Of a stretch of DNA of 32,000 bases, positions 25,235 to 32,000 are shown piece after piece. Under the pieces are notes generated by a model. That model saw only the letters and a program-made list of their open reading frames with translations. It was not told where the DNA came from and did no database searches. The translations under genes were made by a program, and so were the position numbers. Positions within the stretch are counted from its first letter, which is position 1; the number at the start of each line of letters is the position of its first letter. The DNA comes from Mycobacterium leprae TN (GTDB lineage: Bacteria > Actinomycetota > Actinomycetes > Mycobacteriales > Mycobacteriaceae), in the NCBI RefSeq assembly GCF_000195855.1, contig NC_002677.1, positions 180,001 through 212,000 on the forward strand, in the 5' to 3' direction.

Positions 25235-26395
25235 TTAGGCGGTGGGAATACTGGTCCAAGGGTTGGGTATTGTGGTGATTTGGTAGCGGTACCGGGTGAC
25301 CGGTATCGAGGTCGGGTTCAATAGGGTGGTCTCTTCTGCGTCAATCGGTTTTCACCGTTTTTCGGAGGTGGTGAACTGCCGGCGAATGTCTTTCCATCTC
25401 CGGCGATACAGTGCTCGAAACCACCGATGGTTGATCTGTGCCAGCACGGCCCCCGGATTGCGCTGTGATTTCCTGTTTGCCAGGGCACGGATCTTGGCTT
25501 TGACCGACCGTCGTGCCCGGTCGGCGATACAAGTCCTAGACATGCCCACGTGGTCGTTGCCTTCTTGGGTGTCCACCCGGTGTGGAAGCCGCGAAAGTCC
25601 ATACCAGTTACCGAAGTGCGCGGTCTTTGTCTTTGCAGTCGACAGCTGCAGACCTAGAGGCGTAAGCATCGAGTTTATTTCGTTTTGCAGGCCTCTGGCG
25701 TGTCTGGTCGCCATGTGCTGAGTACAACGCAGTCGTCCGCTACGCGGGACGACTGCGTTGTACTCAGCAGGCCTGTGACGCGGCGCCGACTAGGCAGGTA
25801 AGCAGTGGACATCGAGCCGCACGGTTTCCATGGCTGCATCCGATACTCATCGAGCCCAGGCAAGGCGATGTTGGTCAGCACCGGCGACAAGATATTGCCC
25901 TGAGACGTTCCGGTGTGAGTGTTCTGGTGCTCACCAGACTCGGTGAGCACACCGGCCTTAGAAAACGCCTTCACCAGGACCAAGTACGCGTTTATCCTTG
26001 ACTGGCAATAGCATCCGCTCCAACAGAGCAGAATGTGAGATAGAGTCACAGCGCACCTCAATGTCTGCATACAGCACCCACCGATAGCTTGTAGTGCTGT
26101 ATTGGTGAATTTCGGCGATCGTGTCCCTGAGATCGCCGCTTGGGGGCGGAATCCAGGGGAGATCGGCTCGAAAGCGGCCTCGACGACAGGCTCCAACACC
26201 AGCTTCAACGCAGCCTGAACGACTCGATCCGCAGATTGTCCAACAACCCGCTACCTCGACGATTTCCTCAACATGGGCTCCGGTCCGGGCGTCCACACCA
26301 GCAGTATTCGCCCCATAGTTGCCCGTGACCCAGTCAAACGCCACCAACAATGTTCGCCGGGTCACACACGAGATTGAACAGGTCATCAAACCTGC
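25235..26395 (-). pseudogene. Group II intron-encoded reverse transcriptase/maturase, frame-shifted remnant
   Basis: RFDDLFNLVCDPANIV..FDWVTGNYGANTAGVDARTGAHVEEIVEV; MKLVLEPVVEAAFEPIS.GFRP; YRWVLYADIEVRCDSISHSALLERM; VKDKRVL; LVKAFSKAGVLTESGEHQNTHTGTSQGNILSPVLTNIALPGLDE; VADDCVVLSTW (RT YADD box); RRSVKAKIRALANRKSQRNPGAVLAQINHRW; WKDIRRQFTT; PTSIPVTRYRYQITTIPNPW, stopping at 25235-25237. Confidence 0.9.
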
Positions 26396-26599
26396 GGCCA
26401 CGATCGACCGACGATGACCCCAACCCGATAAATCGTGTTGGCCACACAACACCCAAGCAGGACCTAGGACGATTCCTCCCCTTCCCGACGCCACCCAAGG
26501 CCAAGGTGCCCCCGCTTCACCGTTCCTGCTGCGACAGGCCCGGCGGCGAAGATCTCTCACCTTCACTGCCATGCCAATCATCAGCACTTCGTGACGCAC

Positions 26600-27082
26600 G
26601 TGGATCCAGGTCGAGCCCGACCACATCACGCCGTTTGGTCTCCCACGTCGGGGTCGGTAACGAACTTGAAGGTCTTCACGCGATGCGACTGGATGCCCCC
26701 ACTTATGCCAGATCCGCGCGGCCAAGGAAAACGAAATCCCCCACAGCCATCAACTGCTCCGGTGACGGGCCGCTCCGACGCTGAACGGCCGATTCGCATA
26801 ACATCGCCGACCAACGTCTCTACGAGCACCATGACCTCATCGATCACCGAAGCACGTCCCGTCCCCGGCGTACCCGAACCGCGATATCAGTATCTAGCCA
26901 CTCCATCGGACACCAACCACACAATCCACGCCCGTGTCACCTGCCCCACCAGCACCCACAACACCCTCGTCAACCACCCCAGCCGACCCCGGTCGCCATC
27001 GCGCAACTCCAAGACAGCAACCACATACACCGCCCACTTACCTCAACCAACCACACCTAAACGCCTCAAAACCACCCACCAC
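26600..27082 (-). pseudogene. IS630-family transposase pseudogene, N-terminal half (5' exon of the interrupted gene)
   Basis: Minus-strand fragments include SGI then, after a frameshift, IQSHRVKTFKFVTDPDV, and then DVVGLDLDP ending at 26600. This matches the recalled IS630 pattern 'GRIWRxFGLKPHRVxTFKLSTDPxFVxKVRDVVGLYLNPP'. The N-terminal ~130 codons are poorly conserved. Confidence 0.7.
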
Positions 27083-28229
27083 TAGAACAACCCGTCTTCG
27101 AACTTAGTCGCCAATCCTTTGGTTATCTTTCCCCCACGGGTCGCTGTTACGCCGAATATCAAGCTATCCCACCGAAATTCTTGGGTGCTGGCTCCGACGC
27201 AAATGTCGTGTCCATGTAATCTGCGGTGAATTATCCTGGCTGGCAAAAAATAAAAACTAATCCGACTCCGGGCCGTCGACATCTGTTTAGCCACCAGGGC
27301 GGACGGCCGAACGGGCAGCTTGAAGCCGAACTAAAGTGAACCTTATCGTGTGACGCGATACTGTACCCAATGTTGCTGGCAAGACAAAGGCTCGATGATT
27401 TCCCTGTTATCCAGGAATTCGTGGCTGGTGACAGAGTTATACGGTCACTGTGGAGTCGGACTCAACCAGTTAAGTGAGGTTATCGACTATGGCCCAGGTA
27501 CTTCAAGCCGGCCCCCTCCGGCCAGAGGGATGCAGAACATCGGCTCGGTCAGTCACTCCATCAATTAAAGTGGTTACCCCCACGCGTATTCTACTTGTAT
27601 CCACGTTAAGACTACTCTGCAACAGGGCAAATCAGGTGAAATTCTAAAGTTGGTTTGCGGGAACTAACCACCGTCCAGACTGTCTTGCCCGATGATGTGG
27701 GGCTTCTACCTCAGACTCATGATAACGCAGCCCCCATCCCAAACCAGACCCATCAATGCCAGTCAGGGATGGCGCCAGCCGCCGAGCGGGCACGCTACTA
27801 CCGTCGGACACCGCAATAGCGACTGTCGTGCCATCACTTTTGATCTGCACCAGGGGGCGCTTCTAGTATGTCCCATCAGGTTTTCCACAAACACGTTGAC
27901 AACCACCGACGCAACTGGGATGAGCGTGGTTTACGACCAGGTAGTAATCCATTCGTGGAATCAGGTGGCGTGACTCGCGAAGACTGGTCAAATTTGCGGT
28001 AAGCTGGGCATCGGCGCGCTGGACAGCGCTATGCGCGAGCCGATTTATGGCCTTCATCGCACTGTTCCCGATTCCGCTACTATTTGGAGTCCGGTGACGT
28101 CGACGACGATGACTGAAAGCTGGTTTAGAGTGGCCTCCATAATGCAGTTGCGTAGGGGAGTTTCGGATGTCCAACTACCCCGAGGGTCAAGCCTCCGTGC
28201 GAGCGGCAATGGCCAACAAGCTCGGTAAC

Positions 28230-28780
28230 TTAACTACTCACGCTCACCGCAGCCGGCGCGCCAGTCAGCAATCCACTGCTGTGTGAGTGCGGGCTTCTAA
28301 TCAGCGGCTGGAGCGCCCCCGTTACTAACTTGGCCGAAAAGGAATTGGACGCCTGGAATTCAGGGTTGCCGATGCATCCTGTCGTACTCCGCCCATCGGT
28401 TGCTGTTCGAATTCCAGTCCATCCGACTTTCGTGAGGGTGCCTTTCCTCTGCGGTAACACTGCACAGTCTCTACTGCGAAGCGAATGGCAGGGCCGGTTA
28501 TGAAGAAATAGTTTGGGGGAACCCATAAACGGCAACCCCAAGATAGGTCTCCATGTTGTCCCCCAGGCCTGCCGGATACGTCTCAGTCAAGCCGGTGCCG
28601 ACCAGCGTCTCATAGGGGAGTATGAAGCCAGATTTGGTGCTGCCCAAGTTAAGGACCACCGACGAGTTGCCCTGGTGGGCGCGATTGGCGATGTCGAGAC
28701 GCGCATCGCCGTGATGCGGGCCGCAGCACAGGCTGGATCATGGATGTCTATTTGCCCAGAGCTCGGTGACTAGGTGCGAA
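28230..28780 (-). pseudogene. Flavin-containing / Baeyer-Villiger-type monooxygenase C-terminal remnant
   Basis: Minus-strand ETYLG(V/L)..(Y)GFPNYFFITGPA is recovered when a 1-nt frameshift is bridged (ORF-track version: MGLPFMGSPKLFLHNRPCHS). Its position and strand next to the Rv0944-like gene fit Rv0943c. Confidence 0.5.
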
Positions 28781-28905
28781 ACTTAGTAGCCCGATATTAA
28801 AGGATTTACTCAAGATCCGCCAGCGCGACGTGGTTAACGATACGCTTTTTCCTGCCGAGCGATCACCGTTGTGCGACAGTGCGAAGGTCGGTCAGTCAGG
28901 GGAAG

Positions 28906-29390
28906 TATGGATATCCTTTCTGATCGTGGCGCCGAAGTACGTAGCCTCGGTGGCAACTGATTTGGCGAATATCTGTTCGGCGATAAGCTTGGCCAACACG
29001 GCGGTGCTGGCCCCGACGACAGGTGCACTTGCGGCAGGTGGCGATGCAGTGTTGGCTGCGGTGGCGGCGTTGATCGTCATACACACCCAGGCGTATCAGG
29101 CACTCAGAACTCAAGTGGTGTTGTTCCATGACCAGTTTGTGCAATTGATGAGTGGTGGAGCGGGCCAGTATGCCGCCACAAAGGCTACCAACACTTTGCC
29201 TTTACAAACGGGAGAGCAAGAAGCACTCAATGTAATCAAGGTTCCGACCCAGGCATTGTTTAGGACGCCCGCTGATCGGTAATGAGGTTAATGGCCACCT
29301 TTTTGCCGGGCAAAACGGCGGATATGGCGGATTGTTGTTTGGCAACGGTGGCACCGTAGGCAGAGCGAGAACGCTTGTTGGCCGACCGGG
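28906..29390 (+). pseudogene. PE_PGRS-family pseudogene (PE domain plus truncated glycine-rich start)
   Basis: ISFLIVAPKYVASVATDLANICSAISLANTAVLAPTTGALAAGGDAVLAAVAALIVIHTQAYQALRTQVVLFHDQFVQLMSGGAGQYAATKATNTLPLQT, then after a frameshift LIGNEVNGHLFAGQNGGYGGLLFGNGG. The start codon is lost. Confidence 0.88.
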
Positions 29391-29451
29391 AGCTTTCGAG
29401 CCAGCATAGAGGCGTTAATAACTTGCCGCCACGATACTGCACACTGAATGT

Positions 29452-30320
29452 GTGCCTGAACTTCCCGAAATCGAAGCTTTAGTCGACTATTTGCGGCGTG
29501 AAGCGGTCGGTTTGTCGGTCGGCCGCCTCGATGTTGCTGCGCTGTCCGTGCTTAAGCCCATCTACGCGTTTGCGCGGCCAGACAGTAGTCGGGGCCGACC
29601 GGTGGGAAAGTATCTAGACTGCAGGCGAACACAGTGGTGTTGATCACTCAATCATGCCGCGCGTGGGCTGGTTACGGTGGTCTGACAAGCTAACCAGCGA
29701 CACTGCTGGGGTCGGACCAAGGTCTGACCACGCTGCATATCGATCCAGATAGCTTCCAGTAGAGTACCCGGCTTCAACCTAACTCAGGCCGGGCCCCAGA
29801 AGCAACTAGCTGACCTGCCTGGTTGGTTGCCACCCCGCAATAGGTCCCCGGGCTTGCTGTCCTCGGACCATATGCTCTGGGTGTCACTGTCGAGCGCCTG
29901 GCGGGGCTTCTGGTCGGCAATACCGATCGGATTAAGACCGTCACATTACCGATCAAAAGGTGATCGCCGGTATCGGCAACGCTTACAGCGACGAGATTCT
30001 GCAGGTTGCCAAGATCTCGCCGTTCGCCGTAACCGGGAAGTTATTTGTACGAACAGCTTAGTACCGGCATGACGCGATGGTGTCGATGCTGTCCGACGGT
30101 CCATCAGCCAGGGGGCTGCCATGCTTAAAAAGGAGCCATGCTTAAAAAGGAGAAGCGATCCGTGCTACAGGTGCATGCACGTACCGGGGTGTCGTGCCCG
30201 GAGTGGGAAGATACCGTGCGTGAAGTGTCGTTCTCGGACAAGTCTTTTCAGTACTGTCCAACGTGCCAGACCGGTGGCAAGGTGTTGGCCAACCGGCACA
30301 TGTCGCTGCTGCTTATGTAG
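29452..30320 (+). pseudogene. Formamidopyrimidine-DNA glycosylase / Nei-like protein pseudogene (Rv0944-like)
   Basis: Starts with MPELPEIEALVDYLRREAVGLSVGRLDVAALSVLK. Middle pieces: GKYL, RSDHAAYRSR (degenerate), IGNAYSDEIL-type frame, VAKISPFAVTGKLF. Ends with QGAAMLKKEKRSVLQVHARTGVSCPEWEDTVREVSFSDKSFQYCPTCQTGGKVLANRHMSLLLM (Fpg zinc finger). Several frameshifts. Confidence 0.88.
30119..30152 (+). repeat. 17-bp perfect tandem duplication CCATGCTTAAAAAGGAG x2
   Basis: Direct reading: gctgCCATGCTTAAAAAGGAGCCATGCTTAAAAAGGAGaagcg. It shifts the reading frame inside the Rv0944-like pseudogene. Confidence 0.93.
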
Positions 30321-30339
30321 TTGATGTGCCACCCTGGGT

Positions 30340-31085
30340 TGCTCTCCAGAAAATCCTCATCAATGGTGCCAGTTCCGTCCTGGGCGCTGGGATGGCACAT
30401 TCTCTCGCTTCCACGAGTCGTTACCTGTCGCTGTGTGCCCGTCGCGTCGATAAGTTGGACGAAGATGCAAAGATGTGCTATCATTGCCCTCAAGATTGCG
30501 GTCGCTGCGTTGGACGTTCACCACCATACGCAGATGTCGTAAGGTGTTCTGCGAACTCAGTGATGATCCTGGCAGGAATGTCCCGCATTGTTGTCGCTGG
30601 TCAGCTATTCGTAAGGGAGCCCGGCTCGGCTCCGGCAAGCTGTAGGCCAATAAAGGCGACTGTTGACACCAACTTGGTGACCTCCCTAGTGTAGATTGAC
30701 ACTACACTGGATATGTTCACAAAAAGCGGCTCGGGGAGCCATCTGGTGCCCGTGTTTTCGGTACTCAGTGACAAAAAGGGTAGATGACCTTAAAAATATT
30801 CCGCCACAAGCAAAGTCAGAATGCACTCACTGGGAGGATTTTTGTGCGCCAAATAACTCCAAATAACTTAAGTGGCTCGATTAAGATCTCGGTGGTGGAG
30901 AAGGGCTACATATAAACAGAGATGGCGGCCAAATCAGCTAGCACAATGTTTATGTGGTAGACAATGCAACTGGCGTTAAGATGCTTGTCGACGCGACAGA
31001 ACGCGATCCCGGTCGGGTGAGGGTGCTATGGTGGCCGTGAGCGACGCTGGTATCGCTGCAGCGCTTCTCCTGGCTGAGATCGTAA
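30340..31085 (+). pseudogene. Short-chain dehydrogenase/reductase pseudogene (Rv0945-like)
   Basis: Fragments in order: ILINGASSVLGAGMAHSLASTSRYLSLCARRVDKLDE; IKIAVAALDVHHHTQ; GARLGSGKL*ANKG; TNLVTSLV*IDTTLDMFTKSGSGSHLV; VDNATGVKMLVDATERDPGRVRVLWWP. Confidence 0.8.
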
Positions 31086-31149
31086 GGGGTCTGTACAACG
31101 ACACGCTGCATTGGGGGAGCATTTTGCGGACACTCGCTGCGTAAGCACG

Positions 31150-32000
31150 TCAGCTCGTACGCCCTCGTTCTGTCCGGTAGCGACGAACCAGCGTATCAGT
31201 GGAGCTGTCCAACTGTTGCGCGGGCGAGGCGTTGCCAGTAATTACCGGAAGCAGTGCTTCGGCTTGTTTCTTGCCCAGCTCCACACCCCACTGGTCGAAC
31301 GAGTCGATGCCCCAAATCACGCCCTCGGTGAACACCTGATGCTCGTAGAGTGCTATCAGTTGGCCCAACACCGACGGGGTGAGTCGGTTGGCCAGGATCG
31401 ATGTTGTCGGACGATTTCCAGGCATTACCTTGTGTGGAACAACTTCGGCGGGTGTACCTTCTGCTGCGATTTCTTCCGCAGTTTTGCCGAATGCCAGCAC
31501 TTGGGTCTGAGCGAAGAAATTGCTCATTAACAGATCGTGCATGCTGCCGATGCCATCGACAGTTGGCAAATCGTCGATAGGTTGGCTGAATCCGATGAAA
31601 TCGGCCGGAACCAGCCGGGTGCCCTGATGCAGCAACTGGTAAAAAGCGTGTTGACCATTGGTTCCCGTTTCGCCCCAATAGATTTCACCGGTATTGGTAG
31701 TGACTGGCGTGCCGTCAGCGCGCGTCGACTTACCGTTGGATTCCATAGTTAGCTGTTGCAGATAGGCCGCGAAACGCGCCAAGTCGTTGGAATACGGCAG
31801 CACGGCTCGTGATTGTGCACCCAAGAAATCAGAGTACCACAGTCCGATCAGGCCGAGCAGCACAGGAGCGTTGGACTCCAATGGCGCGTTCTGGAAATGT
31901 TGGTCAACGATGTGGAAGCCGGACAGGAAATCAGCGAAAGACTCTCGCCCGACGACCGCCATCAGCGACAGCCCGATCGCCGAATCGACCGAATAACGGC
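31150..32000 (-). CDS. pgi: Glucose-6-phosphate isomerase, C-terminal part (partial at the window end)
   Basis: The open frame extends past the internal ATG at 31962 to the window edge ([29 protein letters not shown]...). [79 protein letters not shown]. Confidence 0.96.
   Translation of the reverse strand, partial: RYSVDSAIGLSLMAVVGRESFADFLSGFHIVDQHFQNAPLESNAPVLLGLIGLWYSDFLGAQSRAVLPYSNDLARFAAYLQQLTMESNGKSTRADGTPVTTNTGEIYWGETGTNGQHAFYQLLHQGTRLVPADFIGFSQPIDDLPTVDGIGSMHDLLMSNFFAQTQVLAFGKTAEEIAAEGTPAEVVPHKVMPGNRPTTSILANRLTPSVLGQLIALYEHQVFTEGVIWGIDSFDQWGVELGKKQAEALLPVITGNASPAQQLDSSTDTLVRRYRTERGRTS

Larger units (their letters stand above)
25121..26599 (-). mobile_element. Decayed group II intron (1479 bp) inserted in the IS630-family transposase gene
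   Basis: The minus-strand 5' end is GTGCGTCACGAAGTGCTG (GUGYG class) and the 3' end is ...GCCTACTCAAC. It contains maturase/RT fragments, a 34-nt domain V candidate, and a possible branch-point A 7 nt from the 3' end. Excision restores the transposase frame. Confidence 0.82.
24706..27082 (-). mobile_element. Composite repeat: decayed IS630-family element interrupted by a group II intron (candidate LEPREP copy)
   Basis: Flanked by TA on both sides (24704-24705 and 27083-27084), as expected for IS630 family. Terminal sequences read inward are GTGTTGTGTG (left) and GTGGTGGGTG (right, minus strand), 8/10 identical. Minus-strand transposase fragments lie on both sides of the intron. Total 2377 bp; I recall LEPREP being about 2.4 kb. 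Confidence 0.75.

Noticed and set aside
25235-26395. Reverse transcriptase as a possible DRT/retron anti-phage defence gene
   Set aside because: Motif order, the C-terminal maturase segment (WKDIRRQFTT..VTRYRYQITTIPNPW), the downstream domain V and exact intron-like boundaries point to a group II intron-encoded protein. It is also heavily frame-shifted.
25958-26725. 255-aa minus-strand ORF as a real protein
   Set aside because: It fuses out-of-frame IS630 transposase sequence (..IWHKWGHPVASREDLQVRYRP..) with intron 5' RNA and maturase pieces across the predicted splice junction; an accidental open frame.
26591-27085. 164-aa plus-strand ORF rich in T/P/H
   Set aside because: It lies antisense to the IS630 transposase 5' half. 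The composition is explained by the opposite strand.
28168-28287. Short ORF MSNYPEGQASVRAAMANKLGNLTTHAHRSRRASQQSTAV with a plausible upstream GGGGAG
   Set aside because: Only about 39 codons, no family recognised, surrounded by decayed DNA. Insufficient to call a gene.
1-32000. CRISPR arrays, tRNA/rRNA genes, restriction-modification or toxin-antitoxin modules, RLEP-type short repeats
   Set aside because: No regularly spaced repeats, cloverleaf-like sequences or recognisable R-M/TA motifs were seen by eye. A tRNAscan/CRISPR/RLEP BLAST search was not possible here.

Overview
The window reads as a Mycobacterium leprae-group chromosome segment, inferred from gene content, protein similarity and heavy pseudogene decay. 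The left 20.6 kb is an intact phenolic glycolipid / dimycocerosate (PGL/PDIM) block: fadD22, an unsplit pks15/1, lppX, then mmpL7 and fadD28 on the minus strand, then mas. lppX and mmpL7 converge with zero bases between their stop codons. From about 20.6 to 31.1 kb there is a graveyard of decayed genes: a WS/DGAT-like acyltransferase, an NRPS-terminal/hexapeptide-repeat protein, an FMO-type monooxygenase, a PE_PGRS, an Fpg/Nei-like gene (Rv0944-like) with a frameshifting 17-bp tandem duplication, and an SDR gene (Rv0945-like). It ends at an apparently intact partial pgi. The most interesting object is a composite mobile element at 24706-27082, flanked by TA dinucleotides. It is a decayed IS630-family element whose transposase reading frame is interrupted by a decayed minus-strand group II intron (25121-26599). 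I place the intron ends from a GTGCG 5' end, fragments of an intron-type RT/maturase, a 34-nt domain V candidate, a possible domain VI branch-point A near the 3' end, and a CTCAAC 3' end. Conceptually removing the intron joins the transposase codons (...DVVGLDLDP|PAAAIML...) in frame. All identifications are by eye; no database search was run.
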